Positions 8,864 to 18,770 of a stretch of DNA of 64,000 nt are shown piece by piece; the stretch's first letter is position 1, and every line of letters begins with the position of its first letter. The DNA is from Microcystaceae cyanobacterium (GTDB lineage Bacteria > Cyanobacteriota > Cyanobacteriia > Cyanobacteriales > Microcystaceae). The position numbers and the translations under genes are program-made. A model generated the notes under the pieces. That model was given only the letters and a program-made list of their open reading frames with translations. It searched no databases and was not told the origin of the DNA. Where the stretch lies: contig JBGTGT010000098.1 in assembly GCA_041746575.1 (NCBI GenBank), forward strand, positions 32,001-96,000, written 5' to 3'.

Positions 8864-10606
8864 TTAGGGACCCATAATCACTGTAAATACGATACCCTTA
8901 TCTTGCCATGTGTTCCCTTCAAAGGGGACTCTGCCAAGAGGAATACCAAAATCTAATCTAGCACTAAAGGCATTTCGGTATCGCCATTGCAGACCCAGAC
9001 CAACCGACGCTAAGGTATTAATGCTAGGGGTGAAGTCACCATTATTCCAACCCGTGCCAAAATCAACAAAGGGAATCAGATGAAAAGCCACTTGTTGTTC
9101 GAGGTTGGTATATAAAGGAATCCGCAGTTCTGCCTCCGCAAAAAAACCATTATCCGTTAAAAGGGTATTTTGACGATAACCGATAACACTTCCCAACCCT
9201 CCCAACGCAAATTGTTCAAGGGGAACAATCGGACTATTTGCTAACTGTAAGTCTCCTCTGAGGATAAACAACATTTCTGGCGCAAGGGAACGCACCCATT
9301 GAGCTTGTCCGCGCCAAAAAAAGGCTGTTGAGTTAGGCGCATCAGGATTTAAGCGAATATCAAAGGGAACTGTGGTGCCAAGGGCATCTATGCCTTGATT
9401 GAACTCAGAACGGACAGCAATCACCTGTTGTTCCTCCCGTTGTGTCCATTCTTGAAAAAAGCGAATTGTGGTAGCACGAGTGTATCCCGCCGCATCTGAG
9501 CCGGGAGAAGTGATTGGAAAAAGGGGAGTGCGGGTATAATTCGATTGGTAATCAAAGGTAATGCCGAGAACAAGGTCTTTATTCGGGGATTGCCAAACAG
9601 GTTGCTGGAAACTCAGCGCGTATTTTTGATAATCCGAGGACAAATCCAGAACATTAAAGGGTTTTTCGACGATTTTCCCTGTTAAATTCCGAAAATTCAA
9701 ATCAACTTGGCCGTTCCGCGCATTGACAGGAATATTATAAGACACTTCAATATCATCGCTGCCATCGGTATTGCGGTAACTGGCTTGCAGACTATCCCCT
9801 AACCCCCCAAAGTTATCATCGCGAATTTCTGCACCCCGTCGGAAACTGCCTACTTGAGGATTGCGTCCATTATCGAGTAAAATTTTAAAATGAAAAGAAT
9901 TGGCGGTTACTGCCGTTACATTAAGAATACTTTCGCCTGGTTGAATTCCTGTCGATAAATCGGCGGAAATACTTTTAATTAAAGGATCCAATTGCAATAA
10001 TTGTAACGATTTGAGGAGACGTGGCACATTAAGAGGAGGAGTGGTAGCGATCGCAATGCGTGAGCGAATATAATTAGGATTGAGTTTTCCTTCAACTTCG
10101 ACTTGAATTTTGCTGAGTGTTCCTTCAACAATGGCAATGGTTACTTTCCCTTTTTTAATGGCTTGAGGCGGAATATAAGCCCCAGAGGTGAGATAACCTT
10201 TACTAATATAATATTGAGTAATATCAAAACGAGCCTGTAAGAGTTCAGAAAAAGAAATAGGACGATTGGTATAATTTTGAATCACGCCGGCTAATTCTTC
10301 GCTGGAAAAAGCCGTATTTCCCTCAAACTGAAAGCTTTGAATAATAATCGTATCGGGAATCTCAGGAATTTCTTCAGGGATGGGTGGAGGAGAAACAGGG
10401 AAATCAGTCCATTCTGGCGAGTCAGATAGGGTTTGTCCCTGTGCAAAGCTCATAAAATAGCAAAAATTTCCTAGTAAACTCAGCAAAATGACGATAATCA
10501 GCGAAGATAGCCACCTCAATGAGACTAAAAAAATAAGGGACGAATAAAAGAACATGGCAAACGATGCAAACCATAGGAAACAACTCAACGCAACCGTTGT
10601 GGGCAT
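8864..10606 (-). CDS. ShlB/FhaC/HecB (TpsB) outer-membrane transporter
   Basis: POTRA-like GNTAFS...GYLTSGAYIPPQ; ALGGLGSVIGY; beta-barrel C-terminus; true start may be downstream. Confidence 0.88.
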   Translation of the reverse strand: MPTTVALSCFLWFASFAMFFYSSLIFLVSLRWLSSLIIVILLSLLGNFCYFMSFAQGQTLSDSPEWTDFPVSPPPIPEEIPEIPDTIIIQSFQFEGNTAFSSEELAGVIQNYTNRPISFSELLQARFDITQYYISKGYLTSGAYIPPQAIKKGKVTIAIVEGTLSKIQVEVEGKLNPNYIRSRIAIATTPPLNVPRLLKSLQLLQLDPLIKSISADLSTGIQPGESILNVTAVTANSFHFKILLDNGRNPQVGSFRRGAEIRDDNFGGLGDSLQASYRNTDGSDDIEVSYNIPVNARNGQVDLNFRNLTGKIVEKPFNVLDLSSDYQKYALSFQQPVWQSPNKDLVLGITFDYQSNYTRTPLFPITSPGSDAAGYTRATTIRFFQEWTQREEQQVIAVRSEFNQGIDALGTTVPFDIRLNPDAPNSTAFFWRGQAQWVRSLAPEMLFILRGDLQLANSPIVPLEQFALGGLGSVIGYRQNTLLTDNGFFAEAELRIPLYTNLEQQVAFHLIPFVDFGTGWNNGDFTPSINTLASVGLGLQWRYRNAFSARLDFGIPLGRVPFEGNTWQDKGIVFTVIMGP

Positions 10607-10770
10607 TTTAGCTCAATTTTTGTCGGGCATCTTCACGTTTAGAGACCCATTTACCTGACTAAAGTTTAAATAGGTTTGTTATTGGTGAGTAGTATATAAA
10701 GTTTCGTCAATTAAGTTGGGATGGATAAAGGGCTTACAATAACCCCATCATGCTCATTAAATCATAGATC

Positions 10771-12300
10771 TCAAAATAAAGCCAAATGTTGCCAAGGAGA
10801 GGCCAACGTATTGGCGGTAATCATGCCACTGGCGGCAACGGCAGGAAGACCGATACCAGGGAAGGTAGAATCCCCACAACACCATAAACGGGGGATAGAA
10901 GTGGCTGAAGACGGAAATACCGCTTCTCCTGCCCAAATTGCCCCGCCATAACTGCCTCGATGTCGTCGTAAAAAGCGTTCATGGGTTAGGGGTGTTCCGA
11001 CAAGGGTAACCTCACAACGAGACCGAATATCAGGGATAATCCGTTCTAAACCTTTCCACATAATTTCGGCTCTTTCTTGCTTTAATTGCTGATATTCTGC
11101 ACTATTTCGCTGTATGCCTTGCCACAGTTCATAAGGTTCGTTGGCAGGGGTATAAACATGAAGGGTTTGTTTACCCGCAGGAGCGAGAGAAGGGTCAATT
11201 AAGGAAGGAATCGAAAGAACAACCACATTTTGTGGCGCATTAATTGGTTTTTGCCAATCATTGACTACTATGTAATGACAAGCCAAGTCTGAGGGTAAAT
11301 TTTGCCCATCAAGTCCCAAGTGTAGGTGCATAAAACTATGGCAAAGGGGCATTTTTCCGCGTGCTTGCTTAAAAGATTGGGTGATAGAAGTTTCGGGCAG
11401 TATCTTCAAAGTGTCCCCAATAGAAGCATTAGAAACAACGGCTTTACGAGCTTTGATGACGGTTTGGTTACAAAGTTGAACCCCAACTGCTTGATTATTT
11501 TCGAGCAGAATTTGCTCAACATGGGCATTTAAAAGAAATTTTCCCTGATTTTTCTCAATCCCTCTGACTAAAGCATCGACTAAAGCCCGACTGCCTCCAA
11601 TAGGATAGTCTAGCGTTACATTGGGACGGTACCAATCGCCAAACATAAAAGCCATCTCTGCGGCACTTGTCCCTTCCGCCGGTAAACCAGACAGCAAAAA
11701 ACAGAGTAAATCTAACCAATGACGAACAAAGGGGTCACTAATGACATTATCCATGATTTGAGCAAAATCGCCCGTTAATTGAGCAATACTGAATCCATGA
11801 CGTAAGAGAGTGGGCAAAAAACGACCCATCGTTAATCCTGCCCAAGCATCTAGACGAACAGCAGAGGTCGGCAGAGCATAAACCGCATCTGCATAGGGTT
11901 TCATGATCTTTTGTAATTTTCGCCACTGTTTAACTGCTTCTTGTCCCCTTAATTGCGCCAAGATTTCACAAAATTGATCAGCACCAATAGATGTATTGAA
12001 ATTTCCTTCCGGCAGACGACAGCCCCATGTGTCGTAATTCACCCAAGCGACATCTTCATCAATGGCATCTAAAACCTGTCTAAGAGGGTTAGGGGATGGA
12101 CTGTAGGATAAACCGGAATAAAGCGAGGGACCAGAGTCAAAAATAAAGCCATTTCGTTCAAATCCGTGAGCCGCACCTCCAGCAATAGTGTGACTTTCGC
12201 AAACAACCACAGAAAAACCATATTTTGCCAGTAAAGCCGCACAACAGAGTCCGCCGATGCCGCTACCAATAACGATAATGTCTGTTTCTTGAGAGGGCAT
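10771..12300 (-). CDS. Phytoene desaturase / carotenoid isomerase family FAD oxidoreductase
   Basis: GSGIGG dinucleotide motif, FDSGPSL, CGDSTFPGIGLPAVAASG. Confidence 0.85.
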   Translation of the reverse strand: MPSQETDIIVIGSGIGGLCCAALLAKYGFSVVVCESHTIAGGAAHGFERNGFIFDSGPSLYSGLSYSPSPNPLRQVLDAIDEDVAWVNYDTWGCRLPEGNFNTSIGADQFCEILAQLRGQEAVKQWRKLQKIMKPYADAVYALPTSAVRLDAWAGLTMGRFLPTLLRHGFSIAQLTGDFAQIMDNVISDPFVRHWLDLLCFLLSGLPAEGTSAAEMAFMFGDWYRPNVTLDYPIGGSRALVDALVRGIEKNQGKFLLNAHVEQILLENNQAVGVQLCNQTVIKARKAVVSNASIGDTLKILPETSITQSFKQARGKMPLCHSFMHLHLGLDGQNLPSDLACHYIVVNDWQKPINAPQNVVVLSIPSLIDPSLAPAGKQTLHVYTPANEPYELWQGIQRNSAEYQQLKQERAEIMWKGLERIIPDIRSRCEVTLVGTPLTHERFLRRHRGSYGGAIWAGEAVFPSSATSIPRLWCCGDSTFPGIGLPAVAASGMITANTLASPWQHLALF

Positions 12301-12410
12301 TATTTTTATAATACAATTGTTGCTTGAACCTCACGTCATTCTACATTCTACAAAATTTTCCTCAAAATTAGCAACCTGACAAAATGATCGCAAATTGCGA
12401 GTTAATATCA

Positions 12411-12442
12411 TACACTTTTGAGCGCAAACTTTGCACTCCTAC
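12411..12442 (-). repeat. Decayed REP copy with its flank
   Basis: TACACTTTTGAGCGCAAACTTTGCACTCCTAC versus 7619-7650, 27/32 identical. Confidence 0.65.
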
Positions 12443-12846
12443 CATCAATTTCAATATATACCGCATCAAGTCTAAGGAAAGCATCGTAATTGAAATCACC
12501 TTCCTATCGGCTAATTATCACTGCTCTCGTTTCTTATTAAAATGCACATTTCTCTTTCCCATTTACGGAATAATTTAGTATTATTCAATTCCCCAGAAAA
12601 TATCGGGTTACTGTGTTATTTAGAATGGTCTTTAAACTTTTTAATACATCAACTGTCTGGTCTAACTCATGGTGAACTGCTGATGCCTTATATTAAGGAA
12701 GAATTCCTTGGGGATGATGAGGACAACGGCTGGGATACTTCCCCCACTATTCCTTTGAGGCAGGGAGAATTAGATGAGATTTATCAAATTTAGAGACCCG
12801 TTTATCTGCTTGATTGCAGAATATAAGAGGGATTTTTCAAGAGGTT

Positions 12847-13203
12847 TTATTTAAGAGTAGCTTTCAATTTTCTCAGTAGGAAGTTGGTGATAAATCCCGA
12901 TAAAACCCATTTTTTTCTCACATAATTAAAGATAATAATACGGATTCCCCCCTTCGACAATTTAGCCACTTTTTTGGCCATGCGATTGGCAATGGGGAGA
13001 GAAATTTTTTGATTAATCAGATTAGTTGCCCCAATATCATACAGACAATCGAGGATCATTTTAATGGTGGCCTCTTCTCGTTCAAACAGGTTTTCAATAA
13101 GAAGTTGCACCTCTTGTTTCCGAGATTCTTCCAGTTGCTTGGCTTCAGAGAGGGCGGGAATAATTTGGGTCACATTGAGGATGTCTTGGCGAGTCGTTAA
13201 CAT
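12847..13203 (-). CDS. Hypothetical cyanobacterial protein
   Basis: 118 aa ORF downstream of uppS. Confidence 0.7.
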   Translation of the reverse strand: MLTTRQDILNVTQIIPALSEAKQLEESRKQEVQLLIENLFEREEATIKMILDCLYDIGATNLINQKISLPIANRMAKKVAKLSKGGIRIIIFNYVRKKWVLSGFITNFLLRKLKATLK

Positions 13204-13281
13204 TGCTTAATATTAAATATACTTGAAGATATACTATAAAGGACAAATGACGAAATGACTAGGTAATTTTCAAGAATAAGG

Positions 13282-14031
13282 TTAGATTTTGCCAAAACGT
13301 CGTTCCCGCCGTTGATAAGCGAGTAAGGCTTGATGCAATTCTGTGCGACCAAAATCCGGCCAAAGGGTTTCCGTCACATACAGTTCGGCATAGGCAATTT
13401 GCCAGAGTAGAAAATTACTCACCCTCATCTCCCCACTAGTCCGAATTAAGAGGTCAGGATGAGTTAATCCAGCAGTATAAAGATGATGTTCGAAGACCGA
13501 TTCGTTGATTTCTTCCGGTTTAAATTGTCCTTCTGCCACTTTTTGGGCAATCATCCGACAAGCATTTAGAATTTCCTGTCTGCCGCCATAATTGGTGGCT
13601 ACGGTAAATTGAATCCCGCGATTGGGTTCTGTATCGGCCATTGAACGTTGAATTTCCGCTTGTAGAGAGTCCGGTAAAGCCGCTAAGTTGCCCACAAAAC
13701 GAATTTTGACATTTTCTGCCATCATTTCCTTTAATTCCCGTCGTAAGACCCGCTCAAACAAAGTCATTAAGAATTCCACTTCTTCAAGGGGACGACCCCA
13801 ATTTTCCGTTGAGAAAGCATAGGCCGTTAAAGCCGGAATGCCCCAATCCCGACAACAGCGCAATAGGTCTTTGAGCGTATCTACGCCCCGCTGATGCCCC
13901 ATAATACGGGGTAATCCTCGTTTTTTTGCCCATCGACCATTACCATCCATAATGACGGCGATATGCTGAGGTACACGCTGTTGATCAATATCAGTGGGTA
14001 ACGCTTGTAAGGCAATGGGTTGAGCAGTCAT
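13282..14031 (-). CDS. uppS: Isoprenyl transferase (undecaprenyl diphosphate synthase)
   Basis: [35 protein letters not shown]. Confidence 0.96.
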   Translation of the reverse strand: MTAQPIALQALPTDIDQQRVPQHIAVIMDGNGRWAKKRGLPRIMGHQRGVDTLKDLLRCCRDWGIPALTAYAFSTENWGRPLEEVEFLMTLFERVLRRELKEMMAENVKIRFVGNLAALPDSLQAEIQRSMADTEPNRGIQFTVATNYGGRQEILNACRMIAQKVAEGQFKPEEINESVFEHHLYTAGLTHPDLLIRTSGEMRVSNFLLWQIAYAELYVTETLWPDFGRTELHQALLAYQRRERRFGKI

Positions 14032-14927
14032 TTTTTCGTTTCTTGCGAGTGGGATGAGGGAAGATCAGAGAACGGCCACCAAGGGAAACGTTGTCGACCA
14101 ATGGTACGGCTTAGGATTCCCCAACCGGGGGCAACGGTTTCTCGTTCCATTAACGGGGCAAATTTGTTCTCTAATAACTCTTTTAGTTTACTGCTAGTGA
14201 GGGGACGATTTAGATTTCCCCTTTCTGCTAGAGAAATTGACCCCGTTTCTTCAGAAACCACAACACAAAGACAATGATCAACTCGTTCGGTAATACCCAT
14301 GGCAGCGCGGTGGCGAGTGCCTAGTTGTCGAGAGGCGGTACGCTCCGAAAGCGGTAAGATTACACCGGCTGAAATAATACGAGAGCCGCGAATAAAGACT
14401 GCACCATCATGAAGAAGCGTTTTGGGCTGAAAAATCGTCTGTAACAATTCTTTGGAAACCTCTCCATTCAAAATGACACCCCGATTCACAAAGCATGACA
14501 CTTCCACACTATTAAAGGTTTCGATCACCATTAAAGCCCCAGTCCGATTTTGTGAGAGTTCTCTGACAGCATCTACAATTTCATCAATTACACTATTCGG
14601 CTTAGGAGTCGGTCGCTGGGGTTGAAACAGTTGCAAAAGATTGCCTTGCCCTAATAATTCGAGAAAACGGCGGAATTCTGACTGAAAAATCACTGCCATG
14701 GCGACGGCAGCCCCTAAGACAAGTTTATCTAAGACAAAGTTTAATAAGGTTAAGTTTAGAGTTTCGCTGAGGACAGAAGCCAACATTAAGACAATCAATC
14801 CCCTGACCATCCATAAGGTACGACGCTCCCCAGTGATGAGGAGCATGGTATAGGCCAAGATAAAGACAAGACCAATATCTAGACTACGAATCAGCCATTC
14901 TGGAAGCCCAGTAATCGTACCCGACAT
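14028..14927 (-). CDS. cdaA: Diadenylate cyclase
   Basis: Three TM helices, LHDGA and GTRHRAA motifs; lysA-cdaA-uppS synteny. Confidence 0.95.
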   Translation of the reverse strand: MSGTITGLPEWLIRSLDIGLVFILAYTMLLITGERRTLWMVRGLIVLMLASVLSETLNLTLLNFVLDKLVLGAAVAMAVIFQSEFRRFLELLGQGNLLQLFQPQRPTPKPNSVIDEIVDAVRELSQNRTGALMVIETFNSVEVSCFVNRGVILNGEVSKELLQTIFQPKTLLHDGAVFIRGSRIISAGVILPLSERTASRQLGTRHRAAMGITERVDHCLCVVVSEETGSISLAERGNLNRPLTSSKLKELLENKFAPLMERETVAPGWGILSRTIGRQRFPWWPFSDLPSSHSQETKK

Positions 14928-14965
14928 GGGAGGTTATTCATTCAATAGATAGGGAGTGGATTCGG

Positions 14966-16387
14966 TCAGACGGAGGGTAAAAGTCTTTGGGGGAAGCGAT
15001 CTTGACGGATCAAATCCTCGTAAGATTCTCGCTCAATGATGAGGTTTGCCTCTCCTTCGTTGACTAAGACGGCCGCTGGCCGTGGGAGTCGATTGTAGTT
15101 GGAGGCCATACTATAGTTATAGGCACCGGTGTCTAACACTACCAGAATATCCCCTGCTTGAGTTTCAGGCAACTGAATATCTTTGACTAGAATGTCCCCA
15201 GATTCACAATGTTTCCCTGCAATAGTGACGGTTTCGCTAGCCGATTCGTTCATGCGATTGGCAATCACGGCTCGATAAACGGATTGATAGGTAATCGGAC
15301 GGGGATTATCGGACATTCCACCATCAACGGCAATATAAGTCCGCAAATTGGGAACAACTTTCTTAGAACCAACAGTATAAGCGGTAACACAGGCATTAGC
15401 AATGAGCGATCGCCCCGGTTCGGCAATCAATTTGGGCAGGGGAAGATTCTGCGCTTGACACGCTTTAACCACCGATTGGGCGGCGGCTTTTACCCATTCC
15501 TCAATCGTCGGTGGATCATCGTTTTCGGTGTAGCAAATGCCTAATCCACCTCCAATATTGAGTTCTTTAATGATTAAGCCGTAAGTCTGCGCTTTTTTGA
15601 GCCAATCAACGAGGACGAAAGCAAGATCTTGATGGGGTTGACGTTCAAAAATCTGTGAGCCAATATGAGCATGAAGCCCTAAGCAGTGCAAATTCGCTTG
15701 TTGACTGACAAAAGTGAATACCGCTTCGATTTGTTGAGGATCAAAGCCAAATTTACTGTCTAGACTACCTGTGCGGATATATTCGTGGGTATGACATTCA
15801 ATACCGGGAGTGAGCCGGAGCAAAATAGGAATGGGTTGAGAGGTAGGAATTTTAGCAAGGGTTTCTAATTCTCGCCAATTATCAACAATAATGCGACATC
15901 CCACTTCAACAGCGTAGGTTAACTCACTGAAGGATTTGTTATTGCCATGAAAATAAATCTTTTGGGCAGACTGTTCCTTTGTCCAACCCATTTTTTCTAA
16001 GGCGGTTAGGGTGGTGTAGAGTTCTCCCCCCGATACCACATCAAACCCCAATCCTTCGCTGGCAATGACGCCACAGACGGCGAGGCAACTCCAAGCTTTT
16101 GAAGCGTAGATAATCAGACTTTCGGCCGGATAATAGGTCTTAAATGCGTCTTGATACTGACGACAGGCGGTACGCAGGGTAAATTCATCTAGAATATACA
16201 AAGCAGAGCCGTATTGTTTGACAAGGGTGGTAACTTCACATCCACCGATTTCTAAGTGATTCTTTTGGTTTAATTTAGCGGTAAGAGGTAATAATTGTTG
16301 ATTAACTGAAGGCAATACTTGATTATTCTCTATTTGTGGCAAATATTGTCTGCCTGTAGGGGGGGATAGGGATTCAGTCATTAACAT
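14966..16387 (-). CDS. lysA: Diaminopimelate decarboxylase
   Basis: YASKA, HIGSQ, EPGRS, KHCESGD, GAYNYSMASNYN. Confidence 0.96.
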   Translation of the reverse strand: MLMTESLSPPTGRQYLPQIENNQVLPSVNQQLLPLTAKLNQKNHLEIGGCEVTTLVKQYGSALYILDEFTLRTACRQYQDAFKTYYPAESLIIYASKAWSCLAVCGVIASEGLGFDVVSGGELYTTLTALEKMGWTKEQSAQKIYFHGNNKSFSELTYAVEVGCRIIVDNWRELETLAKIPTSQPIPILLRLTPGIECHTHEYIRTGSLDSKFGFDPQQIEAVFTFVSQQANLHCLGLHAHIGSQIFERQPHQDLAFVLVDWLKKAQTYGLIIKELNIGGGLGICYTENDDPPTIEEWVKAAAQSVVKACQAQNLPLPKLIAEPGRSLIANACVTAYTVGSKKVVPNLRTYIAVDGGMSDNPRPITYQSVYRAVIANRMNESASETVTIAGKHCESGDILVKDIQLPETQAGDILVVLDTGAYNYSMASNYNRLPRPAAVLVNEGEANLIIERESYEDLIRQDRFPQRLLPSV

Positions 16388-16762
16388 AGGGAGTATCAGT
16401 CGTCAGTAGAAAAGGGCTATCTAATTGAGTTAGTGTTCGATTTTGGATATTAAATATTTAGATGAAAATGCTTAAATTAAGCCTATTTATCCTGTCGAAC
16501 GGGGATGGCTCGCGCTTTCGTAACTTTGAAAACAGTCTCAAGCCTTCTTTTCAGTGTACTATACACGGTTTGCAAGTTAGTATTCGATTTTTCAGCGAAG
16601 GTTGACACGTTACGAAATGGGGAGAGGACAAAGCGACAATAACTTGAAGAAAGTCCAGCCAATTCAAGGAAGGTTTAAGGCTGAAATTGTGCGTTTTTGA
16701 TAGTTTCTCAAATGCTACATAACCTTTATAATTATTTTAACCCTCTTTCAAGGTCAAGGCTG

Positions 16763-17407
16763 ATGAAACTGCTTTCTGTTAATGTCGGACTTCCCCAAAA
16801 CGTTTCTTATCAAAAGAAAACCACAACAACGGGCATTTTTAAAACGCCTGTTGAGGGTAAAATTATGCTGAGAGCATTAAACTTAGAAGGCGACGGTCAA
16901 GCAGATTTAGACAATCATGGTGGCATAGATAAAGCCGTGTATCTTTATTCCTACGATAATTATCCCTATTGGCAAGCAATCTTAGGACAAAATACCCTCC
17001 CTTTGGGACAATTTGGCGAAAATTTTACGGTCGAAGGACTGTTAGACGCTCATGTCCATATCGGCGATACTTTTCAAGTGGGAGAGGCTGTCATTCAAGT
17101 CACTCAACCCCGCATTCCTTGTTATAAATTAGGAATTCGTCTCGAAAAACCAAATTTCCCTAAGCAATTTCTTGACAGTGGTAAAACGGGATTTTATGCC
17201 AAAGTTTTACAAGAAGGATGGGTCGAAAAAGGAAACAAAATTGAGCGTATGATTTTAGATTCTCAGCAAATTACTGTCTATCAAGCCTTTCGCTTGCTTT
17301 ACTTTGAGTCCCATAATATAGAAGGCATTAAGCAGGTATTAGAAATTGAAGCGTTATCGGATTCATGGCGTAAATCCTTTGAAAAAAAGTTAAAATCTCA
17401 ACCTTAA
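16763..17407 (+). CDS. MOSC-domain protein (YiiM-like)
   Basis: GDGQAD...HGG.DKAV, FGENFT, TQPRIPCYKL; ATG at 16763 preferred over the ORF-track TTG at 16697. Confidence 0.88.
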   Translation: MKLLSVNVGLPQNVSYQKKTTTTGIFKTPVEGKIMLRALNLEGDGQADLDNHGGIDKAVYLYSYDNYPYWQAILGQNTLPLGQFGENFTVEGLLDAHVHIGDTFQVGEAVIQVTQPRIPCYKLGIRLEKPNFPKQFLDSGKTGFYAKVLQEGWVEKGNKIERMILDSQQITVYQAFRLLYFESHNIEGIKQVLEIEALSDSWRKSFEKKLKSQP

Positions 17408-17603
17408 CGAGGAGCATTACTGATATTTTTGGACGCTTCCGACGCTCGCTTAAAAATAATGGGTCTTTCCTTCCCAATGAATCAACAATTAATGCAAAAA
17501 TAAATCCTCTTAATTTAAGAGTATCTTTTTGAAATCAAAAAAAAGAATTAGAAATTAAGCAATATTAAAGAAAGTTCTTTATATTTTGTTTTTTATTCGT
17601 TAT

Positions 17604-18464
17604 TTAACATGCCCCCCTGCGATTGAAAACAATGATGATCGTCGTTATCATCAACTTCAAATCATACCAGATTGACCATTTTTGCTGATATCCTAAATCT
17701 AATTGGATAACTTCCTCAAAATCTTTAATTTTAGACCGTCCTCTCACTTGCCATTCTCCTGTAATGCCCGGTTTGACTTTAAGCCGTTGGTAGTGATGAG
17801 GTTCATACAATGTAACTTCATCGGGGGTCGGCGGACGAGTGCCAACCAAACTCATATCTCCCATTAAAACATTCAGAAATTGAGGAAATTCATCTAAACT
17901 GGTGCTTCTTAAGAACTTACCTAGGCAAGTAATTCTAGGATCATTTGTATTTTTAAAAAATTGACCTTTAACTTCGTTTTTAACTAAATGCTTTTGTTGT
18001 TCTGCCTGAATAATCATGGAACGAAATTTCCATAAGCGAAAGGACTTTCCCTTTAAGCCACAACGGATCTGAGAATAGAATAACGGACCTGGGTCATCCC
18101 ACAGCATAGCGATCGCAATGGGAATGATTAGACAGATGGTAAGGGACAATCCAACCAAAGCACCTATTATATCAATCAAACGCTTCACGGGACTATAAAC
18201 GGAAGGATGAACCCTTTCGTTACCCATATTTGTGGCTGAATGAGGGAAGATAACCCCATCTGATGAAAAGTCTTTAGACAGCTGATGAGTAATAATCACA
18301 GTTACGGCCTTTACCAAACAAAACTGAATAGGGGTAGGATTGTTCCTCTTAAATCTTAGAGGCAAGTTGCAGAACCGAGATGATTCTTCCAAATGTCTTC
18401 CATCTTTGGGATGAAGAGAGAGGACATCTTTATCAAAATTAGCCCAGATTTTTGGGTTCGTCAT
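17604..18464 (-). CDS. Bacterial sugar transferase (priming phosphoglycosyltransferase)
   Basis: KRLIDI, KFRSM, DPRIT, SLDEFPQFLNVLMGDMSLVGTRP, KPGITG. Confidence 0.9.
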   Translation of the reverse strand: MTNPKIWANFDKDVLSLHPKDGRHLEESSRFCNLPLRFKRNNPTPIQFCLVKAVTVIITHQLSKDFSSDGVIFPHSATNMGNERVHPSVYSPVKRLIDIIGALVGLSLTICLIIPIAIAMLWDDPGPLFYSQIRCGLKGKSFRLWKFRSMIIQAEQQKHLVKNEVKGQFFKNTNDPRITCLGKFLRSTSLDEFPQFLNVLMGDMSLVGTRPPTPDEVTLYEPHHYQRLKVKPGITGEWQVRGRSKIKDFEEVIQLDLGYQQKWSIWYDLKLMITTIIIVFNRRGAC

Positions 18465-18701
18465 CCCTTGAGGGCAAATCAGATCGGTAATTTTGACTAA
18501 GTATTCTATGGAGAAACCTCAATCTCAATCTCAGTTTTCCCGAAAAATATCTCAAAAGCTCAAACACTTCTAAAGATTTAAATCATTGAAAACAGTAAAA
18601 AAATGATACTATTGACAATAATTAATGGTATAAGCACAAATTAATCAGTTATCTTGTTCTTTATCTTCACAAATGTTTTTCTCTATTCAACAGTCTGAGG
18701 G

Positions 18702-18717
18702 AGTAACCGCTGTTACT
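18702..18717. promoter_or_regulatory. Candidate NtcA box
   Basis: aGTAaccgctgtTACt (GTA-N8-TAC within an extended palindrome), about 54 nt before the glutamate symporter ATG. Confidence 0.5.
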
Positions 18718-18770
18718 GAATAATACTGATCTCTGTGTTATGAAATACAAAATTCTCAGGTGAAATAAGG

